Virus record (IMG/VR): IMGVR_UViG_3300028833_005986
Coordinates: 1 to 64,000 of that record
Source of the DNA: a virus
Lineage: Duplodnaviria; Caudoviricetes
Reading direction: 5' to 3' (one strand)
Length of the DNA: 64,000 nt
Position numbers and translations under genes: made by a program. The notes under the pieces are model-generated. The model saw only the letters and a program-made list of their open reading frames with translations. It made no database searches and had not been told where the DNA came from. Positions 1 through 10,097 of this stretch are shown here, in pieces. Numbering within the stretch: the first letter of the stretch is position 1; every line of letters begins with the position of its first letter.

Positions 1-3000
1 TTATTTTACAGCTTCTAAAACTTCTTGTAAATCATTTTTATTCTTTAATATTTTTTGCTGTTCTTTAAATAATTCTAATTCTTTACGCAGAGGATCTAAA
101 TAATCAGTATCTGCAGTATATTTATTTTTTTCAATAGATGCAATATATAAAGTCTTTTCTTTTTCTAAATTTTGTGGCTGAGAATAAAATAAAATTCGAT
201 TATTAGAATAAAATGTTACTGAACCACGATTATTTTTAGTTCCTGAATAATATATATAATTACCAACTATAAAATCTTTTTTATATTTATTAAATGTTGC
301 ATTATTAAAAGTTTGAGTAATAATTTCATATGGTGTAATAATTTCTACATGATATAAATGAACAATTTCTTTTATTACACCTTGTTCATCTTTTCTTGCA
401 TAATCGAAGGGTGCGATTTCTGTAATTAATCCACCTATATTACAAACTGTAGAAGCAGGAACCATTTGTACATGAGTAATTGATTTAGCTCCTACCATGG
501 GATGATATTTAAAGGATACTTTATCATTATTAAGTATATCATTTGCATACATTTGAAAATTAGTTAATTTACTATTTAAAATTGAATATTCATTATTAAT
601 AAATGGCTTTAATAATGAAGTAAGTTTATTATTTTCTTGAACTTTTTGCAATCGTCCTTTTGCTTTTTTTCTAGTAGAAATTAACTTAGCTAAATCATTT
701 TCATTAAATGTTTTATCAGCATTTGATCCATATATACCGAATTCATTTAATTTTGAAAATGGTACAATAATAGTATTATCTTTTTCAAATACTAATTGTC
801 TATCTTCTTGTAAAAATTTAGGTAATTGAATTTTTTCTAATATGTAATTTTTTTCAGCTTTTTGATTTTTATAATCATAATAAAATTCAAACCATGTAAG
901 TAATTCTCCTCGACTTAAATATATTGGCATTCTACCAAATAATTTATTTTCTTCAGTTAATGTTTTATCTTCGAAAATAATAGGTAATCCTTCAAAACAA
1001 TCATTATTAATTAATGTTTCAATTATTTTTTTATTAACTGCGCCTTTTGCCGCACGTGCAAAAAAATCATTAATGGAATCATAAGGTTGATTTTCTAAAA
1101 TAATCTGAATTGCTGCATTACCAATACCTTTTATTTGACCTAATCCAGTACGAATATAATCATCAGTAATAATAGCCTCAGATTGAGATAAATTTATATG
1201 AGGACCTAATATATTTATTCCTTTATGTTCTGCTTCTTGTTTATATAAAGCAAATTTAGAATTATCAAAAGTAATCATCGCTGCATAAAATGCGATCGGA
1301 TAATTAGCTTTTAACCAAGCCATTTGCATAGTTATTATTGAATATGCGTAAGCCGTTTAAAATATGGACTATATTTTAATATATATATTAAAGATTATTA
1401 GTCTCTGATATAATTTATTATATAAGTTAATAAGTATTAATTTAATTTATCATATAAAATATTACCTTTACGCAATATTCCAATATTATTATAATATATT
1501 TCATTTTTTAAAATTTGCATATTAGTAATTATACTTGTACTTAATTGATAAAATGGCATAGAATACTTTTTTCCTTGAATATTATGTAAATTTAAAGATT
1601 GCATATTAAACCAATTCTCTAATATATTTTTACACCAAGCTAAAAATTCTTTTGATGTACTTACAATATAAAATAACTTTCCATTATGTAATATGCAACC
1701 ATCACCATCAATAATGCCTTGAAATATATAAGGTAAAAATTGATATTCTTCAGGATATAAAATAGGTGGATATAAATTATATGTTTTATGATATACAATA
1801 CCAAATCGTCTTAGCTGTGATACTAATAATTGATTACCTAAAGTAAAATAATATATATTTTTTTTATACTTTATCAATTTATTAGATGAATTACAATTAT
1901 TATATGATCTGATTTTATACTTTATATTAAAATTATTAGCAAATAATATTACAGCTTCAAAATCAGTCATTCGTAAATCAATCTGATTTCTACAATTTAT
2001 ACAACCGTCAGTTAACATAATACCAATAAAATATGCTTTCCAAGCACAATCTAATAACGAAAAATCATAAGCATTATATATATATGTATTTAAATGATTT
2101 ATTGTTAACAAATATTTATTTACTTCATATGGTAATAAAATTTTTATAGGTGATACAATAGTTTCTAATTTATTTGAATGTCTAATAATATTACTATTAG
2201 TAATATTTTCATAGGTATGAATAATATTATATATACTATTACGTGTTTTATATTGATATTTTATACATAAATTTTTAACTGACATACCTGCTTTATAATC
2301 ATTAATAATATTTATAATCTTTTTATTTTGTAAAAATTCTTTATTTTGCATATTAATCCCATTCATTATATTAACTTATATAATTTTATTATATACTGAT
2401 TAATTTAAAATTATAAATTATTCCAGTAATTTTTCTTTTTAAGTCACACTAAATGACTTGCATTACTATAAATTATTATTAATTTTTTAAATTAATACTT
2501 TTTCATAAAAAGTATAGATTATATCATTATGTATATATTTAACAATTAATCGTTGATATTAATATATACTTGTATATATTAATATACTAATTATTACTAT
2601 TAAGTAATTTTTTAGTAAAATATTAAATCAAAAAAGTTCTAACAATTAAAACCATAACCTGATGATGCAAGAATAGTTTCTAACATATATTCTGCAACAT
2701 CTTTACTAAATCCGTTATTTATACTTTTTTCAACAAATGTATTAATAAAATCTTCATATTGTTCTGGAAATTTCTTCTTTTTTTCAATATATCGGCGTAA
2801 TTGATCTGCTTCGCCGAAGCTAATATTTAACATTGTACTTAATATTTGCATATATTTATATTTATAATTAATATTATATTAATTATATTAATTTTCATTA
2901 ATAATTTGGAATATATCTTTATCATTAATATTAAATATTTATTCTCTAGAGTAAATATATAATAATATATATTTACTTTGATATTAATATATATAATATA

Positions 3001-4748
3001 TTTCATCAAATTAAATTAATTAACAAAGTATATTATCTTTGTTCTTGAAATAAAATTACTCCGTAAGTACGATTTAAATAACGATCAATACGTGGATCTA
3101 TTTTTACTCTAAATTTCTGATCATTTTTTGCTTTAATATAAGTATCAACTTGACCTGAACCGGGGCGAATTAATGCTGTTACAGCTGCAACTTCATGAAT
3201 ATTATTAGGCTGTATTTTTCTTAGTATTGGTTTTGAAATTTTAATATTATCCATCTGAAAAATCCCAATAACATCTAAATCACATAATAAATTATAAGCT
3301 TTAGAATCATCTAATGGAATATTTTCTAATTTTATTTCGCCATGCATTTTTTGTGCAGCATCTACAGCATAATATTTTTTAATTAATTGAAGAACTAAAT
3401 CCATTTGGGATAAAGCCGAAAGTTTTAATCAATTATATATAGACTATATTTTTTTTCAATTATATATTTACTAAATATTAGTCGTTAAATACATATTAAT
3501 TTATGAATTAATATGTATTACTGATCTATTAATTCCAGTAATTAATAATATTAACCGACGCATAAACTTTACGTCTATCTTAACTAATCCAAAATTTTCA
3601 AAATTTTCTTTTTCTGCTTGAGCTAGATATCCTGGTTCAGTATCTGCATTAATTACTTTTGCTTGAGTAACTGGTAATAAATCTGTTACTGGTATTGGAG
3701 ATACTCCAACACCAGATGGATGCATTGATATTTGTCTAACTGTACCTTCTAATAATTTAGCATATTTTATTACATCTGGATATTTTTTAATAAATTCCTG
3801 TGCACCTGGTAATTTTTCTAAATTATCTATATGATCTATTGGATTTCCGTCTAAATCTCTATCAGGAATATTTTTAGTAAAATTATTTACTTCATCATAT
3901 GGTATACCTAATACACGACCAACATCTTTTATACATTGTTTCATTTGCATTTTCATAAATGTACATACATTGGCTACATATTCTTTCCCATATTTATCAA
4001 TTAAATGCTGAAATACTTGAGGACCTTTTAACATACAATAATCTGTATCTATATCCATTAACATTTATATTTTCATATAAAATTAGACTATCTCTTTTAA
4101 CTTTTATATAAAGCTAATTAAAACGCTTCGAATAGTAACTCATCTTCTATTCTACTAAAATTAGTCGTTACACATTTAATAAAGATAAACTTCAATAATA
4201 ATTCTTAAATAAACATTGATATTTAATAGTTTTATTTAATTGAGTATATTCTTTTAAATTTAAAAAATCTAATATTTTATTATTAATTGTCATATATCCA
4301 AATTTATCTTTATTATTTTGCACGGTATCACCAGCTATTTATTTTTTTTATATATAATATATTAAAAAAAAATAAACCTTAGGCTTTCTTAGTTAGCTAT
4401 TTATTATTTAATTATTAAGAATTAATTTTATTTTGCTAATACCGTTAGCAACAAAATTTAATATTTGTTACACTGCTGAGTTATGGCATTCATTTTAAAT
4501 GCCCAATATCGTTTAGGCAAATGCTTTCGAGTAGGATTTAAAAAACGTTCAAAAATAAGATCATAATCAATAGGATCCATTTTTGTTATTCCTAATAGAT
4601 TATTAACTACAGATCCTCCGCCAGAATTATGTACTACTAAGCCATCAATATTATATGAATGAATATCATCTATTTCTAAATCGTATACTTTACCTTTATA
4701 ATGATATTCTTTTTTATTGGTAATTTTAATTAATTTAATAAATATCAA
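1..4748 (-). CDS. dnaE: DNA polymerase III alpha subunit, C-terminal half, with N-terminal split-intein (IntC) leader; 6 exons (4748-4515, 4055-3571, 3429-~3041, ~2856-2644, 2460-2453, 1353-1), ~893 aa
   Basis: Removing five introns joins the DnaE motifs in frame: FERFLNP..LP|DIDTD, GLVKIDV|LKL, YGVILFQEQ|YMQI, GYGFN|SSH|AYAY..AWLKANYP, plus HhH GLGQIKGIG. The exon sum is 2682 nt, divisible by 3. The PHP/N-terminal half is absent from the window. Confidence 0.9.
1354..2452 (-). mobile_element. Group I intron dnaE-I5 (1099 nt) carrying a LAGLIDADG endonuclease ORF
   Basis: P1 AAGUCAU/GUGACUU with terminal U-G; AAUUACUGGAA P4-like element; P7 CAGAGACUA/AUAUAGUCC; ends AAACG before GCT TAC GCA TAT. 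Confidence 0.9.
1437..2366 (-). CDS. Intron-encoded LAGLIDADG homing endonuclease / possible maturase
   Basis: Two motifs, YFIGIMLTDG and IFQGIIDGDG, with an N-terminal HTH-like segment; lies inside dnaE-I5. Confidence 0.88.
   Translation of the reverse strand: MNGINMQNKEFLQNKKIINIINDYKAGMSVKNLCIKYQYKTRNSIYNIIHTYENITNSNIIRHSNKLETIVSPIKILLPYEVNKYLLTINHLNTYIYNAYDFSLLDCAWKAYFIGIMLTDGCINCRNQIDLRMTDFEAVILFANNFNIKYKIRSYNNCNSSNKLIKYKKNIYYFTLGNQLLVSQLRRFGIVYHKTYNLYPPILYPEEYQFLPYIFQGIIDGDGCILHNGKLFYIVSTSKEFLAWCKNILENWFNMQSLNLHNIQGKKYSMPFYQLSTSIITNMQILKNEIYYNNIGILRKGNILYDKLN
2461..2643 (-). mobile_element. Miniature group I intron dnaE-I4 (183 nt)
   Basis: Short P1 AAUU/GAUU; UCAACGAUUA...GAUAUAAUCU (P7 GAUUA/UAAUC); P9 hairpin AUACUUUUU-AUG-AAAAAGUAU; terminal G at 2461; restores GFN-SSH. 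Confidence 0.8.
2857..3040 (-). mobile_element. Miniature group I-like intron dnaE-I3 (184 nt, boundaries +/-2, non-canonical ends)
   Basis: 5' hairpin AACAAAG/CUUUGUU; CUAGAGAAUA...AAGAUAUAUUCC (P7 GAAUA/UAUUC). Removal restores FQEQ-YMQI, but the intron then ends in A. Confidence 0.7.
3430..3570 (-). mobile_element. Ultra-small group I intron dnaE-I2 (141 nt)
   Basis: P1 GACGU/GCGUC; P4 UUACUG/CAGUAA; 12-bp P6 hairpin; UUUAACGACUA...AUAUAGUCU; terminal G at 3430; GT|A restores KIDV-LKLSAL. Confidence 0.88.
4056..4514 (-). mobile_element. Group I intron dnaE-I1 (459 nt, ORF-less)
   Basis: P1 UGCCU/GGGCA; UGCUAACGGU; GUAACGACUA/GAGAUAGUCU; terminal G; restores HLP-DIDTD at the catalytic aspartates. 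Confidence 0.9.
4626..4748 (-). mobile_element. C-terminal fragment (IntC, 41 aa) of a naturally split intein
   Basis: KLIKIT...VYDLEIDDIHSYNIDGLVVHN followed by Ser+1 (SGGGS, the DnaE GRG-S site); no intein N-part or DnaE N-half upstream. Confidence 0.85.
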
Positions 4749-4754
4749 TCCCTT

Positions 4755-5786
4755 CTATAATAATTTATTTCGTAAATCAATACTATTTAAAATATCTAAT
4801 TCATCAGGTTCAAATGAAATATGACTTTTTACATATGCTATTTTTGATGCTCGAGTTTTCGCTTTTAATTTTTGAATTAATAATAACCTTTCTGATTTAT
4901 GTAACCATTTATTAAATGTTAAACAATTATAATAAAATTTTTTAAATGATGAAGTATCATTAAAAATATCATTATAAAATTTATTACAAATTAATTCTAA
5001 TTCAGATGAACTTAATTTACGTAATTGATTTTCCCAAAATTCAAAATCCATTGTATGTTCATATACATATTTAAATAAAATATCTCTAATTATATCTTTT
5101 ATTTCATTATTATAAAATTGTGCAAATAAATCATAATATAAATCAAAATGATCTTTGTATACAAATTGAAATATTTGTATACGAAATTCTAAGGGAATTT
5201 TCGTATTTAATATAGAACGTTGTGCTCGATAATTAGATATTAATAAATCTTGTAATATTATTCTTTTATGAATATTAGTTAACTTATCATAAAATTTTAT
5301 TAATACATCATCATAATAATAATTATCATTAATCGCATATAATAATATCTTATTTAATTCATCTGTTGTTAATTCAAGTAGTTCTATTAATCGTTCGCAG
5401 TTTAACAATTGCGTTCCATGAGTTGCACAATTATTAATAATACTTGTACGTAGCATTTTTTTATCTTCATTATTTATATATAATTTCTGTTCAAATAAAT
5501 CACAAGCTAACTCAAAATTTAATTTTGCAATATTCATATATGCATTATATAATTTTTGTTCATTTTTATCAAGTTGTAATGGCAATTTATGTAAATTTAT
5601 TAAATCAGCTCTAAGTATATATTTTAAAGTAGAACTTTGACATTGTGCTAATACTATAGTTGCTTTTTTGTTATTATCATAATAACCATATTGATATTCA
5701 TACGTAATTGTTTCATTACTATCTTTATATAATTTACATATTTGTGAAGAAAATATATCATATAATTTATCTAAATCATACCTCAA
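4755..5786 (-). CDS. Hypothetical protein (343 aa)
   Basis: Long ORF with GAGG RBS, abutting sppA; no recognisable motif. Confidence 0.75.
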   Translation of the reverse strand: MRYDLDKLYDIFSSQICKLYKDSNETITYEYQYGYYDNNKKATIVLAQCQSSTLKYILRADLINLHKLPLQLDKNEQKLYNAYMNIAKLNFELACDLFEQKLYINNEDKKMLRTSIINNCATHGTQLLNCERLIELLELTTDELNKILLYAINDNYYYDDVLIKFYDKLTNIHKRIILQDLLISNYRAQRSILNTKIPLEFRIQIFQFVYKDHFDLYYDLFAQFYNNEIKDIIRDILFKYVYEHTMDFEFWENQLRKLSSSELELICNKFYNDIFNDTSSFKKFYYNCLTFNKWLHKSERLLLIQKLKAKTRASKIAYVKSHISFEPDELDILNSIDLRNKLL

Positions 5787-6611
5787 TTATATCAATCCTT
5801 TCATATTATTAATAGCTGATAAATCTAACATTGATGTCATATTAATATTAAATAATTTAGATAATAATGATGCTTTTTTCGTATATGTTTTTATTTTTAC
5901 ATATTGTCTATTAGTTTTTAATAATTCTATTGCATATTCAACAGTATCATCAAAATCTTTATAATCATCAATTAAATTATTATTTAAAGCTATATTTGCT
6001 GTAACAAAACGCCCATCTAATAATTCGACATTATCTATTTTACGATATTTTGTTACCATTTTTATAAAAATATTATGTGAATATAATAACATCTGTTCAA
6101 TATATTCTTTTTCTTCAAGAGTCATATCTCTAAAAGCATTACCGATATCTTTCATTTTTCCTGATTTTAAATAATTAATTTTTATACCAATTTTATCGCT
6201 TAAATCTTTTACATTAGGTATTGGCATAATAACACCAATACTTCCAAGTAATGACATTTTATTAGCAAAAATATAATTACATTGACTTGCTATTAAATAA
6301 GCTGCAGAACAACCGATATCACCAATACTTGCAATAGTAATTATATTTTTTTGTCTAAGTTTATTAATTATGTTTGCAATTTCTTCACCTGCAGCTGCAG
6401 TACCACCTGGAGAATTAATTTTAAATATAACTAAATGCTGATTCGCAGAATCTTCTAATATATTTCTGCATTGTTTAACAATTTCTTGAGATACACAATT
6501 ATTATTAATATTATGATTATTGGCATAAGAAATATTACCAATTATATCAATAATATCAATAATTTTATTAGAAGATTTGAAAAAATTTAATTTAAACAAA
6601 ATAGAATTCAC
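5787..6611 (-). CDS. sppA: Signal peptide peptidase, S49 family
   Basis: INSPGG, SAAYLIAS, GSIGV, KSGKMKD motifs. Confidence 0.88.
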   Translation of the reverse strand: MNSILFKLNFFKSSNKIIDIIDIIGNISYANNHNINNNCVSQEIVKQCRNILEDSANQHLVIFKINSPGGTAAAGEEIANIINKLRQKNIITIASIGDIGCSAAYLIASQCNYIFANKMSLLGSIGVIMPIPNVKDLSDKIGIKINYLKSGKMKDIGNAFRDMTLEEKEYIEQMLLYSHNIFIKMVTKYRKIDNVELLDGRFVTANIALNNNLIDDYKDFDDTVEYAIELLKTNRQYVKIKTYTKKASLLSKLFNINMTSMLDLSAINNMKGLI

Positions 6612-6614
6612 TCC

Positions 6615-6857
6615 TTACTCTAATAAACCTACTTGAACTGCTTCTTCAATTGATAAATTATAAATTTTATGATTAACAATAATTGAATTAACTCTATGTA
6701 AGAATTTTTTATGATTTTTTTCTTCTTCTGTTAATTCATCTTCATCCCTTAATGATTTTAATAATCGCTGTACAGAATCTAATATAAGTCCGCCAGAATA
6801 AAATAATGGTCTATTAAAAGATAGTACTTCTGGTTCTTTAGGTAAAAAACTACTCAT
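6615..6857 (-). CDS. Hypothetical protein
   Basis: ORF with AAAGGA RBS in an operon-like run. Confidence 0.65.
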   Translation of the reverse strand: MSSFLPKEPEVLSFNRPLFYSGGLILDSVQRLLKSLRDEDELTEEEKNHKKFLHRVNSIIVNHKIYNLSIEEAVQVGLLE

Positions 6858-6875
6858 ATAATTAATATTTCCTTT

Positions 6876-7241
6876 CTATTTAATATTTGATATTGATGAT
6901 AAAGGTACTTCGATAATATCTAATTGATTATTATTACTAATTGCTACTTTAATTAATCCATTAATATCACTAACACCAATAATAATACCGTCTATTGTAT
7001 TAGTAGATAAATCATTAATATTTAAATCAGTAACTTGACAAAATTTACTAACTAAATTATGTTGTTTATTCTTATAAATATTAATTCCTTGTAATTGTAA
7101 TTGTTCATTAATAGTATCAAATAATTCATCGATTATATATTTATATTTATCAGCTAAAGCTACATCTTGATATATGGCTAAAGCTTCTAAAATATTAACA
7201 ATATGCTGAGGTGAAACTTCTAAAAATATTTTTTTTTCCAT
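6876..7241 (-). CDS. Hypothetical protein
   Basis: ORF with AAGGAG RBS. Confidence 0.7.
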   Translation of the reverse strand: MEKKIFLEVSPQHIVNILEALAIYQDVALADKYKYIIDELFDTINEQLQLQGINIYKNKQHNLVSKFCQVTDLNINDLSTNTIDGIIIGVSDINGLIKVAISNNNQLDIIEVPLSSISNIK

Positions 7242-7282
7242 ATTTATTACTCCTTTTTATTTAATTTATATTATTAATTAAA

Positions 7283-7325
7283 ATAAAATAAAGACTAGAT
7301 TTAAAAAATCTAATCTTTATTATTT
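7283..7325 (-). terminator. Probable intrinsic terminator
   Basis: Near-perfect hairpin AUAAAGAUUAGAUUU..AAAUCUAGUCUUUAU followed by a U-rich run, downstream of the 3D gene. Confidence 0.55.
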
Positions 7326-7370
7326 TATTATAAGAAAAAATTAATAAATTTTTCTTTCTCGTTGAAAAAT

Positions 7371-7853
7371 TTATAAAACTGTAACATAAATAGTTCTTCG
7401 TCCAAATTCATAACATTCATCAATATTATTCATTGCAATATCAATTATGCCATAACCCATTCCACCAGTATCTAATACTGTATAAGTACCATTTATCCAT
7501 GGAGCTGAAGGACATTCAATCCATAATTGTGTACCAATTGGAAAATCGTTTGAAGCTACTCCCCAGCCAATTACATCATATAAATTATGTCCTGATGCTG
7601 TATAAGATCCACCTTCATCCGGAGAATATGCAGTAGCTTCCATACATATTTCTGATGATACATATTGTATTGATAAGGTATTAGCTAAAGATGGTATATC
7701 ATCTGCAACATTTAAATTAGTATTAATAACATGTGCAGAAGATATATTAGGAATATAACAGAATATACTACAACTAACAATACTAGCTAAATATTTTAAA
7801 TTTTTTTTAAGATTATTTAAATTAACAATATTATTAAATTTTTCTTTAAACAT
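7371..7853 (-). CDS. 3D-domain (MltA-like) cell-wall protein with signal-like N-terminus
   Basis: MEATAYS, TASG, FPIGT, LDTGG, IDIAM motifs. Confidence 0.85.
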   Translation of the reverse strand: MFKEKFNNIVNLNNLKKNLKYLASIVSCSIFCYIPNISSAHVINTNLNVADDIPSLANTLSIQYVSSEICMEATAYSPDEGGSYTASGHNLYDVIGWGVASNDFPIGTQLWIECPSAPWINGTYTVLDTGGMGYGIIDIAMNNIDECYEFGRRTIYVTVL

Positions 7854-8218
7854 TTTTAGTGTTTAAACCGAGAAAATAAACATTCGCCTCTTCTTATTAT
7901 AAAATTATTAAATGATAATATTTTCCGTGATATTTTCACTTTTTAGAAAATATTTTATTTTAAGCAACTAAAGATTCGACTCTCGGTTATGTTATATATA
8001 TTTTAAGCATTACCAAAATTTATATATAACAGCCTACAATCTTATTTTCGTCACAAAAAATATCATTTAATTATATATATAATAAAAAAAGCTATAAAAA
8101 AAATTAATGATTAGATATTTAAATATCTAATCATTAATAATTCTTATTGATATAAAAGAATATTTTTCTCATATTAATTATATATTTATTTTATTTAATT
8201 TGATAATTAATTATATAT

Positions 8219-9004
8219 TTATTTTGATAATAAAGAACGCCATTTATTTCCTAAATTATATAAATTATTCCAACGCTCTTCCTGCGGATCATTAAAATTT
8301 TTCCAAGGTTTCCCACAGGTTAATTTACTTTCACTACATTTACCTGTACAAAAACAATTCGGGCCACTTAATTTAAATATTTCAGGACACTCTTTAACTA
8401 AAGCTTCTCTAATTTTATATGTAATATATCTAATTTCAGTAGTATTTCGGAAGCATATACGTAAAGCTATAAGATTTAACAGGGTGCGAATATTCGCAGT
8501 AATTAATAAGTTGTTTCTCATAGCTTGCGGTGTAACAGCTCTAGTAACATCATGAGTTAATTTATATTGATTTTGCATTTCTTGATATACATCATGCGCT
8601 TTATTACATATATTAAAGAAGTCTTTTAACGGCTCTATAGAATTTAATTCTTCACATTTTTCAAATATTTCTATTGGTACTACAAAATCTGGTTTTTTCC
8701 AGTTAGAATAATGTTGACTACCTGAAGAATATGAAATTCCTATACGCGATCTAGTAACTTGTGCTAAAAAAGCGCGTGAAGCACCAGATATTAATATTGA
8801 ATATGAACAATGTTCTAATGGAGAATGTTTGCATTTTATTAAATTAGTAATTATATTTAAATCTTTATCATCATGATTATTTAAATTAGAATTAATAAAA
8901 AAATCATCATTGGTTTTAAAATTTAATCTAGTAGAATTAGCAACAAATTTGATAGGATCTACATTTGGTTTTTGTATAATTTCAATTTTTATCTGATCCA
9001 TCAA
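8219..9004 (-). CDS. thyX: Flavin-dependent thymidylate synthase (divergent motif)
   Basis: HSPLEH, SRAFLAQVTRSR, SQHY, N-x-R..LR, CF..GKCSE motifs. Confidence 0.82.
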   Translation of the reverse strand: MMDQIKIEIIQKPNVDPIKFVANSTRLNFKTNDDFFINSNLNNHDDKDLNIITNLIKCKHSPLEHCSYSILISGASRAFLAQVTRSRIGISYSSGSQHYSNWKKPDFVVPIEIFEKCEELNSIEPLKDFFNICNKAHDVYQEMQNQYKLTHDVTRAVTPQAMRNNLLITANIRTLLNLIALRICFRNTTEIRYITYKIREALVKECPEIFKLSGPNCFCTGKCSESKLTCGKPWKNFNDPQEERWNNLYNLGNKWRSLLSK

Positions 9005-9557
9005 TTAACTTCCTTTCATAACCTAATTGATTTAATATATCATCATTAGTATAATTAATAATTTGCTTTAATTCAGTCCATGATATATTTTGATAATTAA
9101 AATTATCATTAAATTCTTTTTCTGGAATAAATTTATTAGGATTAATAGAAATTAAATTCAACATTGATAATTCTTCTTCAGATAATGAAAATAATATTTC
9201 AGCTAATTGATTAATAGTTAATGAGTTATTATAAAATGTCATATTTAATACGAATATTTCATTTATAATTGTTCCACAATCAAAACCGAATGTAAAATCA
9301 ATAACTTGTAATTTATATTGTTCAACAAAATTTATAAAATCAGATTCATTACCTTTAATAATTATTAAAGGATAAATTGTATAATTATTTTTTATAATAG
9401 CACCAATATATGGATATTTATTATTTATTAGCATATTTTTAATTTGTGATATCGATAAGTTTTGTTTTATTTTTGGTATACGATACATAGATACATCCTG
9501 CTTTCTATAAATTATATAAATCATTTTCTTGCTTGTATAAATCTTGTCTAATTGCAT
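8982..9557 (-). CDS. Hypothetical protein
   Basis: ORF between dCMP deaminase and thyX; start uncertain. Confidence 0.6.
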   Translation of the reverse strand: MQLDKIYTSKKMIYIIYRKQDVSMYRIPKIKQNLSISQIKNMLINNKYPYIGAIIKNNYTIYPLIIIKGNESDFINFVEQYKLQVIDFTFGFDCGTIINEIFVLNMTFYNNSLTINQLAEILFSLSEEELSMLNLISINPNKFIPEKEFNDNFNYQNISWTELKQIINYTNDDILNQLGYERKLIDGSDKN

Positions 9558-10077
9558 CTAATAATTGTATTTCTTGTATATTAGTATCTTTAAAGATATT
9601 TATTTTAGGCTCATGTACTTGATCATAAATTACTTTTATAATACCGCTATTAATAATAACTGCAGCACAATTAGAACAAGCTTGACAAGTTATATACATA
9701 GTAGCATTTTTTCTTTCTTCAGGAGTAGCAAATATGCAACTATTTACTTCAGCATGAATTGGAAATCTACCGCATTTACCATTTTCTAAAAGAATACAAT
9801 TATTATTTGTACAATTATCACAATTATTAGCTAATCCATTATATCCAGTCGATACTATCTTTTTATCTTGAACAATAATTGCGCCTACTTGTCTTTTAAT
9901 ACAAGTAGAACGAGATGCAACTTGATATGCAATATTCATAAAATATTGATGAATATGTTGTCTATTATAAATATCACGGTAATTCTTTATATCTTCATTA
10001 GTTAATTTTAAAGCAAAATGCGTCATATAAGCTGAAGGATGTTGTAAATTTTGATTAAATAATTCAATATTATTCAT
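9505..10077 (-). CDS. dCMP deaminase
   Basis: RSTC..RQVGA, STGYNG, HAE, CxxC zinc motifs. Confidence 0.9.
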   Translation of the reverse strand: MNNIELFNQNLQHPSAYMTHFALKLTNEDIKNYRDIYNRQHIHQYFMNIAYQVASRSTCIKRQVGAIIVQDKKIVSTGYNGLANNCDNCTNNNCILLENGKCGRFPIHAEVNSCIFATPEERKNATMYITCQACSNCAAVIINSGIIKVIYDQVHEPKINIFKDTNIQEIQLLDAIRQDLYKQENDLYNL

Positions 10078-10097
10078 ATAAAAACAAATCCTTTTTA

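Noticed and set aside
2855-3040. Ribosomal bypassing (T4 gene 60 style) as the explanation for the gaps
   Set aside because: Matching take-off and landing codons are not consistently present, several junctions split codons, and group I core motifs occur in every gap.
1-4748. dnaE (and gyrB, clpX, nrnA, helicase) fragments as pseudogenes or frameshift errors
   Set aside because: Gaps have P1 and P7 structures, and their removal restores frame and motifs exactly; exons have no internal stops.
4749-4757. Stop-codon recoding (TAG read-through fusing the 343-aa ORF in frame to IntC-DnaE)
   Set aside because: Many genes end in TAG followed by an RBS and a new gene, long ORFs are intact under the standard code, and the upstream ORF has no intein or DnaE features.
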